Shown here: positions 13,401 to 40,011 of the stretch, piece after piece | Layout of the letters: every line of letters starts with the position of its first letter | Position numbering within the stretch: the first letter of the stretch is position 1 | Assembly (NCBI GenBank): GCA_002269645.1 | Contig: NIVC01000106.1 | Location: forward strand, 496,001-560,000 | Reading direction: 5' to 3' | Source of the DNA: Macrostomum lignano | Lineage: Eukaryota | Length of the DNA: 64,000 nucleotides | Translations under genes and position numbers: made by a program | The notes under the pieces: model-generated | What the model saw: only the letters and a program-made list of their open reading frames with translations | The model's database searches: none | Told to the model about the DNA's origin: nothing

Positions 13401-13809
13401 TTGAATTGCTTAAAGGACCCTATTTTGGCTAATAATTTAGTTGATTTTTATGATTTTTTTGGCAATGCTATTCATAGTAGAATATTAATACATGCAAAGA
13501 TTTGTTTAAATGCTTTATTACAAGCAAAAAAAAACTAGAAAGCTTATAATTTTATGCATAAAAATAAACTTTTTTTCATCTTTTTTCTACTTCACAGTCA
13601 CTTTTCTATATAGTATAGTGCATATGATTTTATACAATTATTTTATAAAGTACATACCAAGTGTATATATAGGCCTACTATTTTCTTAGGAGTGATACAT
13701 GCCAATTGTGCATGTCTACTTTTGGTGTGCAAGGCCAATGCACTCCTAAGTTTTTAGGCATATATTATATGATTCAGACTGTGATACTTGTGGGATCCCA
13801 TGACCCTGT

Positions 13810-14490
13810 TATCTAGATTGAGACTTTCTCCAACTCCTATCTCCTTTCTTCTTTTTGCTCTATCTATTTCTACTCTCCTCTCTGTTCTTATCTCTTTTCT
13901 TTTATCTCTATTCTCTTCTTCAAGTTTTTCCTTTACTCTCCCATTTTTTCTCTTTCCTTTTTTATCTTTTTTCTTTCTTATCATCTTTTTTCTTTATTCT
14001 TTTATCTCTTCTTTGTGTCTATATTCTTTTTATCGTCTCTTCTTTCTTTTCCCGTATCTCTCCTTTCCTCTCTATAGTCTCATCTCTACTTTCAGGTTCA
14101 GGGCTCTCATCTTTCTTATCTTTTCTCTTGACTCTACTTTGTCCTCCTTACTCTCTTTTCTTTCTTTTTTACTTTTTCCTTGTTCATCATTTATCTTTTC
14201 TCTCTTATCTTTGTTTTCCTTTCTGTTCTCTTATTTCTCTTTTTATCTATATATTCTCTATTGCATCATCTCTCTTCTTATCTCTCTTGTCTCTTTTCTC
14301 CCCTCTTTTCTCTCTCCTTTCCTCTTTTTTCTTAACTACCTCATTTCTTCTCTTGTTTTTATTATCTATTCTCTTCTTTCTACCCTCTTCCTTTAATTTT
14401 CTATTCTTGTATTCTCTTTTATTAAATTTTTTATCTCTTTCTTTTTCTTTTTATATTTTCATTTATTTGACCTTTTCATTCTTTTCATAA
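13810..14490 (+). repeat. TC-rich low-complexity (polypyrimidine) tract
   Basis: Almost all C/T on the + strand; the overlapping Phe/Leu/Ser ORFs are compositional artefacts. Confidence 0.85.
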
Positions 14491-14704
14491 AACAGATATC
14501 CATGAGATCAAAATCCTTTCTATTAAACTGATAAAATGATCTATCAATTTAATAAATATTATCTCTATCAAATTTTAGTCAATCAAGATGCTGTGAAATT
14601 AAAATCTATAAAAATAGTGATGGATAAAAATTTGATTCAATCATTAAGTGTCATGTACTCATACTCAGTGCTGTGACCCTCAGAAATGGTCACGTGACCC
14701 CACT

Positions 14705-14720
14705 GGGTTGAGAACCACTG
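14705..14720 (-). mobile_element. Isolated hAT (Charlie-like) terminal repeat remnant
   Basis: GGGTTGAGAACCACTG is the reverse complement of CAGTGGTTCTCAACCC, a typical hAT/Charlie terminus. The partner end was not found. Confidence 0.3.
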
Positions 14721-14864
14721 GCCTAGCTTATACACAGTAACTGCTTATTCTAAGGCACTAATAATAAAACCAATTGAATCTCAATACAGTCCTAGCTATC
14801 TATAGCCTTTGTTTATACTGTATATTGCTAATGTACAAATAGCCCAAACCTCTTATTCCAGGTG

Positions 14865-17800
14865 CACGGTTAGGCTGGGCACTGATATTGGGGAAAAAAT
14901 TGCCACAAGATGGCACCTATGTACCATTAAACTACTGCCTTTCTGTAGTTCAGAAAGCCCACTCATTAAAATTCATGTGCCTATCTTTGTGTACAATCTG
15001 TGTACAATTGCTCTCATTAATTGCTCTCGTTAATAAGACAAGCAGAAATTTTTAGCAAGTGACAGACTTAATGTATACTTGTACAAAAAAGAGTACAAGA
15101 TTACAAGAAGTTTATTTAGGTTAATGTTTGTGTAGTATTATTGCTTGTTTTACTTGTTAACTAGCTTGTAAGTTAGTAAGTTAAATAATTTTACGATTTC
15201 TAACATTACAAATTGTTTACATTTAAATACTCAGAAACAGCATGGGTTTTATAGAAAAATTTCGAAATAACTATATTCTTTTTGTGTAGCAAGTTCCTCA
15301 AATATTAACCAGAACTACATGCATTTCTGCAATAATATTGCAAGGTACGCTCGTATTAGCATATAAAGTAGCAAAAGTATGAAAGCTTTCTACAGTACGG
15401 GAGCTTGCAAAAATTTTAGTATTTTAAATTTATAGGGTCCTTTGAATACTACTTTACTGTAAGACTAACAACCACTGCCATTTCTTTTACCAGTAAAGCA
15501 GAAAACCGAGTTACCGGGATTAAATGTGGTGGCTGTTGTAAGCAACCACGGCGCGCAAAAGATTTTGGCCAAACTCAGCATGGTGCGCTGGCAGGCTGTA
15601 CCGTGACCACGTTTTGGCAAAATCAGAGTGAACACTCTCCACTGCTTGCTCGCTGCAGCTGCCAAGCGCTTGCCCTGTCCGCCGGCAGAACTCTCCAACA
15701 TGGCAAAAGACAACGTGAACTTTTGGGGTGACAGGTAAGCTTAAGCTCATGTAGGCCAGTCGAAAATTCTCAATTGCCTCTTCAAAGTCTGCCGCCAATT
15801 CGGTTCCAAAGGCGCTGCTGACCAGCCGATCGAACGCCATCAGACACGCCCCGTACGGCTGTAATGGTGGAGGCAGATCAGCGTGAAGCTGCGGTGATTT
15901 GCGGAGCAGCTGGCGGCAGGCGTTTCCTTCCATCATGCCACCTCTGTAATCAGCTCGAATAATGCCATGCTGATGAGCCCACTCGAACGCGCGATTCGCA
16001 CCCCAAGCTTCGTTGAGCTTGTCCAGCAGTCGGTTGCTGACTCCAAGGAGCAGGTGCAGCTCAGGTGGCGGCAGAAGCATCAAAACTTCTTTGTCATCAT
16101 CGCCTGGTAGCAGTGGCATGTTGACACAGTTTTTAAAGTTCTTTGCCTTTGCACGAACTTGGCCAGCTGCTTGAAACTGCTGAGCAAACTGCCGAATTCT
16201 CCCAAGAGTTCTTGGCACACCATTTTCTGTAAGAGGAGCCAGAGCTTCGCAATAGGGGCACGGATGTGTACAGGAATGAGGTTGCAGTCCGCAGATGATG
16301 TTTGCAACTTTCATATCTGCAGTGACTGGGATTTGAAGTTCGTTGACAGCGATCGCCTCTAGCAGAGCCTGAATATTTCCGTAAGTCTCAGGAACGTCGT
16401 TGACGATCGCAAGCAACAGGATCTTCTTGACACCCGTGTCACAGAATTTCCTGCTGTTGGCTCCTCGAGTTCCGATTTCGGGTTTTGCGTTAGAGCCAAT
16501 TATTGAAACGCAAACTTTAAAAAATCCGCCGCCACCATCGAGACCCAGCAGACAGTGAAAATCATTGAAACTGCGTTGCTGAGCAACATGTGCAATGAGT
16601 TTGACCGAGTCGTTGCAGACAACAGTCGGGCGGCAAATAGTGTCGGCTGTTGCGGCAGTCGAGGTCAGCTCCGAGAACTGGAGATTCTGGATGTCGAAGT
16701 AATCCTCTAATGCTCGATTTTGCTGTACCAAAATTTTCTTCAAGTTTGACTCGACTGCACGAGATGAGCTCGCGCCAGCACGAAGCACTTGAGCAGCCTG
16801 TAGCACTTGATTGTTGCTCAGATTCAGAGTTGTTTTCAAGTGCATCATAGTGTCCGTCCTCGTTGGAGGAAAGCTCGCACTGCTGTTTTGAGCAACATGC
16901 ACAGCAACTCGAATCGGATGGCCGCCTCGATGTCTGGCCAGAGTGATCGAATTCGAATCCGCCGTCGACCCACCCGTCTTTTCGGCAATGCAGTTGCTGG
17001 CCAGCATCTCCCTTGTCCTTGGGCTGACTGTTTGCTCGATGTTAGTCACCTTAGCTGTCGAGTTGCATTTGTGCTGTTTGCCACGCCCAACTGGAGAATG
17101 ACAGTATGAGCAGGAAAGCACAGCCGTTGCTCCTTCAGCTGGTGCTGGGGATCTTTCGCGTGGTCGACCAGGTGGGGCTCGAGCAGGACCTGTTGTGTAA
17201 GGCGTCTTTGGATCGCTGCCTTTGTGGTGATTGCCACGAGCCATTTCGCACAGTTGGCAGTTGCAATCCGGTCTGCTTCTGGTGGCTGGAGGCAGACTCT
17301 TCATGTCGGCTATTATCTTCTCGTAATCTGGTCGCGGTGGCAGAGCACGAGGCGTCAGACTTCTTAGTGACGATAAAACGCGCCTGCAGCCCTGGCAAAC
17401 TCCTTCAGGTAGAAAGTGCCGCACTGCCTCGTAGTCCTGGAACAAGTCGGCTGCCACGGATTCGAAATTAGAGCAAGAAGAAATCAGCGCAGAAGCTCGT
17501 CTCAAGCAGAGCAGGCACAAACTTTGCCTGTTCTCGTTATGAGTTTTTTTTGTCGTTGGCATTGTAGACAGTACAAGCTATGCAAACAGCTCTTTCAGTT
17601 CAGGCACTCGCTTGTTTTAGATCAAATAGAACTAGATCAAACCTTTATAAGTAAATTGAGCAGTATGATAACCAAGTTAACGCACCTGGCAGAAATATTA
17701 CAAAGCAATTATAGATAAGATACTACTGTGTTATTACTATTGATAAATTCCTCTTTATGACTGCAATTATAAGGCATAAGCTACCTGTGGTGCAGCGTTT

Positions 17801-18070
17801 TATTGCTCAAGCAGATATGGGGCAATATTTACTCCCAAAGTCCTTTGTGGTCTATTCATAATTATCATCTGATTAGCAAAAATTCTATTAGAGCAATAAA
17901 ATATTTTGTTTTAAAGTGTACCGAAACATATAGTGCCATACACAGCAAAGATAGGCACATGAATTTTAATGAGTGGGCTTTCCAAACTACAGAAAGGAAG
18001 TAGTTTAATGGCACATAGGTGCCGTCTTGTGGCAATTTTTTCCTCAATATCAGTGCCCAGCCTAACCGTG
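14865..18070 (-). mobile_element. Full-length Chapaev-type (CMC; RAG1/Transib-related) DNA transposon, 3206 bp
   Basis: 125-bp TIRs at 14865-14989 and 17946-18070 (6 mismatches counted) starting CACGGTTAGGCTGGGCACTGATATTG. Flanked by a GGTG direct repeat (14861-14864, 18071-18074), a 4-bp TSD. Encloses one intact transposase ORF. Confidence 0.9.
15520..17562 (-). CDS. Chapaev-type DDE transposase, 680 aa, intact
   Basis: True ATG at 17562, no stops. N-terminal H-x7-C-x2-C (HNENRQSLCLLC) and PxGVCxxC zinc-finger motifs. Further Cys/His clusters CNCQLC and CSYC-x8-HKC. Putative catalytic D (LGLDGGGGFFKV), D (VTADMKVANIICG) and E (SEQAVESVH). CPYC and HVVFCH zinc ligands. C-terminal AVVAYNSHHI as remembered for Chapaev transposases. 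Confidence 0.88.
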   Translation of the reverse strand: MPTTKKTHNENRQSLCLLCLRRASALISSCSNFESVAADLFQDYEAVRHFLPEGVCQGCRRVLSSLRSLTPRALPPRPDYEKIIADMKSLPPATRSRPDCNCQLCEMARGNHHKGSDPKTPYTTGPARAPPGRPRERSPAPAEGATAVLSCSYCHSPVGRGKQHKCNSTAKVTNIEQTVSPRTREMLASNCIAEKTGGSTADSNSITLARHRGGHPIRVAVHVAQNSSASFPPTRTDTMMHLKTTLNLSNNQVLQAAQVLRAGASSSRAVESNLKKILVQQNRALEDYFDIQNLQFSELTSTAATADTICRPTVVCNDSVKLIAHVAQQRSFNDFHCLLGLDGGGGFFKVCVSIIGSNAKPEIGTRGANSRKFCDTGVKKILLLAIVNDVPETYGNIQALLEAIAVNELQIPVTADMKVANIICGLQPHSCTHPCPYCEALAPLTENGVPRTLGRIRQFAQQFQAAGQVRAKAKNFKNCVNMPLLPGDDDKEVLMLLPPPELHLLLGVSNRLLDKLNEAWGANRAFEWAHQHGIIRADYRGGMMEGNACRQLLRKSPQLHADLPPPLQPYGACLMAFDRLVSSAFGTELAADFEEAIENFRLAYMSLSLPVTPKVHVVFCHVGEFCRRTGQALGSCSEQAVESVHSDFAKTWSRYSLPAHHAEFGQNLLRAVVAYNSHHI

Positions 18071-18249
18071 GGTGAATCATTAAAATTGAATTGCATCCCT
18101 AACATGGGGTTTTAAAAAGCCAAACACATGTCATTTACCCTTCTAATACACAATCCAAGTTGGCGGCTATCTTGGAGAAATTACAAATTAAACCTAGTTG
18201 GCTAGTTGATCAATCAGTCTACTTAGCTTTAGATATAAGAGGCATTGTA

Positions 18250-19208
18250 TGAGGGTCATCCCAAAAGTTTCAGCAAATGCCTATTAAATTTCAACAAACG
18301 AGTGTCAGAACAATGAACATGTCAAAAACCTTCAAAATAACTTCCGTTGACTTGAATTGTGCGCTCCCAGCAGCCAGGCAACTTCTGAATGCCATCAGCA
18401 GCGCTGGATTCACACAAATCTTTTGCAATGCGGCCGACCTCGCTGAACAGGTCATCCAAGCAATGGAAACGACGTCCTTGGAACTGGTTCTTAAGCTTTG
18501 GAAAAAGGTCGAAATCGCAGGGACTGAGGTCTAGGGAGTAAGGAGGATGAGGCAGCACCTCCCACTGGTAGTCCCGCAGTAGGTCCTGCACAATGTGGGC
18601 TGTGTGCAAACTGGCATTGTCGTGCAGAAGGAGTGGACCAAGTTCCAGGGTCTGTGGCCGCTTTTTGCGCAAGGCCACCTGAAGATGGTGAATAATGAAG
18701 CTCGACGAGGGGATTCCAGACAGCTCAGCCATTTCTTCGCATGTCCAACGGCGATTGATGTTCAGCAGCCCTTGGATCAACTCGATGTTCAACTCTGTGC
18801 AAGCTTCTTTTGGCCTTCCTTGTCCTCGACATCATCCTTGACATCAGAGCGGCCATTCTTGAATTGACTGTACCAGTTGTACACGGCTGGCTGCCTCACA
18901 TTTGGCCCATGGGCCTGCAGCAACTGACTGTGAATTTGAGCTGCAGGGACACCACAAAGACATTCAGTTTTAATGTATGAATGCTGCTCCAAGTTTGATG
19001 GAAATTCCATTTTATCGTTGTCGGCCAATGTTTGATTTAGTATCTCACAAAATGTTCTTTATAAAACAGAATTTTGCAGCTAGAATGCTAAAAACTTACT
19101 CAGACACCCGAAATATGCTCATCTTTTGTGTGGTATAAGTGCTGTAGTCCTAAAAGTTGTCTATGGCACAAAATCATTCGATTGCTGAAACTTTTGGGAT
19201 GACCCTCG
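18250..19208 (-). mobile_element. Mariner (DD34D) element, internally deleted and frameshifted, 959 bp
   Basis: 27-bp TIRs (C/T)GAGGGTCATCCCAAAAGTTTCAGCAA with TA on both sides (18248-49, 19209-10). HTH part in 19028-18789 (VYNWYSQFKNGRSDVKDD). Catalytic part in 18792-18322 (LLHDNA..HPPYSLDLSPCDFDLF; 34 residues between the Ds). The WVPHEL/first-Asp segment is missing. Confidence 0.93.
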
Positions 19209-20366
19209 TATTTGTAGCAGTTTATCTTTATAAATCAAACCAATGTTAGTATATAGGCTTATGGCCTATAGGGCCGTTAGCCTGTATAAAACATTCCTAA
19301 TAGAAAATAGCTAATTCTAGCCTTGTAAGGCATAGAGCTTGACAAGTCAAAAAGTATTAAAATGGTATTATGAGCTTAGCTTTGGCAAAGTCTTCTATAT
19401 ATAAATGTAGGGTAAATTAAGCAATTAGATTTGAGAGCAAAGGCTTCTATATATAAGTCCTCTATATGTATTGAAGCATCCATGTTTTTAGTTTAGTACC
19501 AGATATTTTTTATCATACCTTACTCTTTGATGTCATATAATATAATATTTTTTCATTTATTTAATATTAAAATTAGAATGTGGGCTCTAATCTAAAAATA
19601 AGTGCCTTGTAAAATATATATTTTTAAATAATTAAAGTATTCATTTTTTTGCTCAGGTGCTTTTTTGTTGATTTATTCTCATTCATACATGCGCAACAGT
19701 CGGCCAAGTCAGCCGATCTGGCTGACTGATTTGGCAGCCAACTAAGGAAGTCGCAAAAATGCCCACCTAAAAAATACTAAAGTAGTAGTTTATATGAATT
19801 TAAACTTAAATTATTGATTACTAGGCCTAAAAAGTTGAGTTAATGCATGTTTTTATAATATAACTAAATGGAATTTCATCAAATAAGATTATCCAAAATT
19901 TAAAAAAGCCTACCTGTTCAACAAAATATGTAATGATTTTGTTAGGTAAATAAAAAGTGTTATAATTTATTAATTAATATACTTTTAAGATTATTTTTTT
20001 TATTTAGACATCCTAAAATAGCCTGGCACCAAAAAGCAAAATTTGGTACCAAAATGTAGGGCACTAAAAGGGAGAGATATTATAGCTCTCTAATTATAAC
20101 TTTAAGTCTTTAGAAGTCTTTATATATAAATTAACTTATATTATTATAAAAATTAGCTTTACAAGTTATTGCGGCAAGCTATACTAGTATTAGGCTATAC
20201 AACATTTAACCTAGGCTGAAATGCAGCAGACATAATAACCATGCATTAGCTATATGTGCATGTAGATATTGACTATCTAGATAATCCATTAAAAAGAAAG
20301 TGGCACATTATGTATTAGAATAAACTATAAAGTTTCGGAAGATGATTTGTTACACTTTTATATTTA

Positions 20367-20400
<34 letters not shown>

Positions 20401-22710
20401 CTTTGTTATAATAAGCATTGTCAAATAAAAGTTAAAGAAATAACTAGAAGTTTGATTAGCAAAAAATTATATACTTAATAATAAAATTTATTTATAATCC
20501 TCAGAATGCATATTGACTTATACTAAAAAAGCTATATGCCATATATGTCAGGGACCTCAATATACTCTAGGCCTATGATCTATAATTACATTGTATTATA
20601 TACTATATACACATTGACTATAGTAACTGATTAGTGCCTTGAACAGGTGCTTATAAAACAATGCCTCAAGGGTATTATGTAAAATTGTAAATGGTAATTG
20701 CAGGTCTCCAAGTCTAAGCTTACCTTGGAAGTGGCCATTATTGGAATAGCCTTCAACTTATAGGTTAGCATTGTCTTAAATTGCCAAATGCAATAAAGCA
20801 ACCTTTACCTAGACTATCATGACAATGTCTTCTAAGTCAATGACTAGGATGCTTAGATATTTGAATTGATTAAATAAAGCATAAGGCAATGATATTCTAG
20901 AAAATAGTAGAATGTAAGTGGCATGCTAGCATATAATAACTTTGTGTAGCTTATAGTTAATATTTAAAACCTTAAAAACTTCTTCTTAACTAGCTATCTA
21001 GCTAGCTGCATAGCTTTGGGGCTCCAGCAAATTAGTGCCAAGTTGTTGGTATAGACAAGTAAATCAGATTAACACTTGAAAAAAAGGAGCTATAGCAAGG
21101 CATTATTTTATAGCTTTCTTTGCTATGCAAAGCTAAGCCAAATAATGTAGTCAATCTGGATCTCTGTGACAACAAATAGAAATAAGGAGATGTCATTATT
21201 TACAACACTAGAAGTGATAGCAAATTCAGGTTTGTGGCTATGGTTAGTTTGGATAGAAGCATTGGATAAACTATAGAGGTCTATGATTGCCTGGACTATC
21301 TTAATAGCTAAAGAACTCTGGCATGCTATTGAACATTGCTCTAGGCATGCAGTTGCACAAGTTAAATTTTATCATGGGTACATAGCTGTCTATTGCACAA
21401 AAAAGAGCATTTTTTATTTTTATTTTGCCTTTCTACATAAGCTACTGCTGCTATGTAGTATGTCTGATAGTGCTACAGTTAGTATTATGGGCTCTTAGCT
21501 CTTGCAAGTCTTGCTGAAATTGAAAAACCTGATATCATTATCCTTGGCACCCACATTCATCAGGATATTATTCTCACAAGTCAATGTTGTAGCAATAGCT
21601 TCATTTTCAACTAGCCCAATATTCTCCTTAGATGTTGATTCATATTTATTCTTAGACTTGCTTGTAACTTCAAGGCATTTTGAAGATATTGCTGTTATTT
21701 TCTTCACAAGGTCCCTGATAGTTGGATTAGTTGACTTCCTCCAGTCAGATAGGATTTTGACATTCATAGATTCAGGAATTTCACAATGTGAAACATGCTG
21801 TTCTTCTCTATCATCGATTCAACTAGTGCAATAGTTAGAATTAGATAGTGTATAGTCTAGTAAAACTTTATTTCAAATCATTTCCCGCAAAAAATGTGTG
21901 CAAGGGAAACAATAATAAACTATAGCAGAATCAGTTGCAATTCTAGATCTATAGCTCTACTTGTCTTTGCTTTTGTGAGGCATTGGCTAGAGCTAGTGCT
22001 ATTTTTGTACTGTGACCCTCTGATCTCTGTGACATCCAGACTTGGAGAAAGTTTCAATATAGAGATTTGAGCAGGGGATAACTATATACAATAGTGAAAG
22101 ATACATACATTGCTAAGACTGCTGAGTCCAAAAATATATATGCTAATATAGGGGCACCTAAAGTTATAATTTCCTTCCAGGATGAAGACACTTATCACAA
22201 CTATAATATGGCTAAAAGACAGATTTTTAAAGAGCCAGGAGCCCCCACAACATTGTGTGTATATTTCATCGCATTAAACTCCATGCATGATGTCAATTAT
22301 TGATAATGTCAGTTCTGCAGTCATCAATTAACATTTTAATAGAGCTTGATCGCTTTCACAACATTGATTTATACCGCAGAGGGTAAGTATTTGTTTTACA
22401 ATTGTTGCTATGGTTCCCTTGGTCTAGGCTAGAAGAGTTCTTGAGAGTCTAACATTCTCACAAATCTCAAAACTCCTTAACTAACCTATCTTTGACATTT
22501 CGGTAACTAAAAATACTACCAGTAGTGTAAAAGCAAATTAATGCTATTCTTTGAAACTATTACCCTACTCTAAAAAGTAATAGAAGTTTTCTAATAAGAA
22601 TAGCTTGTTTCTGAAACAAAAATTGAGATTCTATGTTCATGTTAATCATTTATATTTTCCATTTCTCCCCCTTCCCTATTCACCAAATTTAAAAGTTTGC
22701 TAACTAAATA

Positions 22711-37653
<14,943 letters not shown>

Positions 37654-38584
37654 TAACAAATTTATTGCAGCTGAGTTGGTTTGTAAATTGTAGACTTATC
37701 AGATGACGAGGTATCAATGCATTGAATTGCAGTCAAATTTGCTCTCGCCTTTTACCCTGTAGACTATCTACTACAGAATCTATCTATCTTGTAATTTTAA
37801 CCCCTTTGCTCTGCCATTAAGAATTAAAAACCTTTGGGCAGAGGTTTTTTAGCAGCTAAGTTATGTATTCTACGCTACATATCGGTAGTTATCTGGATTC
37901 CAGATAGTTTCTTAAAAGTAGAGCAAAAAAAATCTATAAAGATGTTAATTGGTCCTTTCTGAATGATCCTTAATACGTTGTTATTTTCTGTGATTCCCTT
38001 TTGTGCGTTACTTTGAAAAAAAATTACTTTTTAGTTAATTTCTATTTTGGGGTAAATTGGTTTACTACTCAAAAATTGTTGCCATTTTTGTTACAGATAG
38101 TAATGAACATGTATAATCTTCTGTACTTTATATGATACCGCTAACTATGATCGCACGTCACTACTGTTTATATATGATATTGCATGTATTGTATTGATTA
38201 GAGTTTTATGTCACTACCATTTAAAATCAGTTTGCCACGATTAGGATAGAATTCCGGATTGTACGAGTACATTAATGCTACTTAATAGTGATTATCAATG
38301 AATATTTATTTTTAGCGGTCTGTAACCTTTTATCTTTGTCATAATAAGCTTGCTATTTAAGTCTAAGGCGTCGTTTTCTCCTTACTTTTCAGTTTTTAAA
38401 TCGGTCTATCTGTCGTTTGACCCGAATTCTAAATTTTTAGTTATGAGTATTCATTGATTACATTTATTTATTTACTTGGTAAAAAATTGAATTGCTTATA
38501 ATTTGAAAAAGGTTTGCGCATAAACAGCCTATATTTAACTTCACTATTCTTAGGTACAGAATGCACCTTGACAACTAACTAATC

Positions 38585-39140
38585 CAAAAGTACACAAGGC
38601 CTTAGACAAACACCAATCTAAAGTACACAAGATCCTAGACAAACACACCACTCCAAAGTGCACAAGACCTTAGACAAACCTCCAATCTAAAGTGCACAAG
38701 ACCCTAGACAAACCTCCAATCTAAAGTGCACAAGACCCTAGACAAACCTCCAATCTAAAGTGCACAAGACCCTAGACAAACCTCCAATCTAAAGTGCACA
38801 AGACCCTAGACAAGCCTCCAATCTAAAGTACACAAGACCCTAGACAAACACGCCACTCTAAAGTACATAAGGCCCTAGACAAACACGTCACTCTAAAGTA
38901 CACAAACCCTAGACAAACACGCCACTCTAAAGTACATAAAGCCCTAGACAAACACGCCACTCTAAAGTACATAAGGCCCTAGACAAACACGCCAATCTAA
39001 AGTTCACAAGACCCTAGACAAACACGCCAATCTAAAGTTCACAAGACCCTAGACAAACCACCAATCTGAAGTACATAAGCCCCTAGACAAACACACCAAT
39101 CTTAAGTACACAAGGCCCTAGACAAACACACCAATCTAAA
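38585..39140 (+). repeat. 34-bp minisatellite (CTAGACAAACCTCCAATCTAAAGTGCACAAGACC), intergenic
   Basis: Period read at 38701/38735. Confidence 0.92.
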
Positions 39141-40011
39141 CACTCTAAACAAACATGCCCTAACTTAAAACCCATTCACATCCTTAAATTTATTGCTTGT
39201 TTCCAAATGACAGTAAAAGTTTGCGCACCGATAGACATATCCATAAATACTTGTTTGGCTATTTTATTTTGTTTAACTTCTTTTCTAATTTCTAACGTTG
39301 AATTTTTTACTCTGTCTTTGTGTTGTCAGTTTCTGACACTGATTGTTGATTTTTTAGAGTTTAGTTGCAAGTTTTATGCATTAAACTTAGTCTTCATTTG
39401 CTCTTTATTTTATTGTATTACCGTTTTCTTCTTTCGTCTTTGAGGTATACGCAGAAATCAATGAAATCTTTTAATCGTATAATTATGGTTTCTGTAAACC
39501 TAATTTTGTATGATTATAATCATTGCTGACCAAAAATTGTTCCTCCATTAAGAGAATCTTTCTTTTATGCAAGTAAAAATGCAATATGTACTTTGGTGGA
39601 GAAGTTTTATTTTAAAACTATTTGACCCATCTGTACTTTATGCTAAACTATTTTCGCCTCGAGAGCCAACAACACTTGTCTGTTTTATTTATGTTTTTAG
39701 CATATTGCCTGTCCTTTGCCTATGTGCACAGAATGGCTGTCCCTTCTAAACCAATATTGTGATGTCTGCACAATCCAATAGAATGCATTGATTTATAATC
39801 ATTTATGATAAGCCGCGTTGTTTGTTAATGTTTATTTTAATTATTAAGTAAACTTGCATGCAACCCCACAGTTAAACAGTTTTTAACATCGAGTAGAGTT
39901 TCTTAGAATTCGTTAAGTTCAAATCCATCAATTATTATTTGTGAACATCCATCATTTGATGCATGCTAACATTTCGGAAGCCATATTAAATTGAATAGAA
40001 ACAATCCGGTC

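Noticed and set aside
13788-14490. Hydrophobic 202-211 aa ORFs resembling membrane proteins
   Set aside because: Polypyrimidine low-complexity DNA gives F/L/S codons; no domain signal.
20500-22310. Short ORFs possibly from a decayed element
   Set aside because: No recognisable motif on either strand; cannot be assigned without a search.
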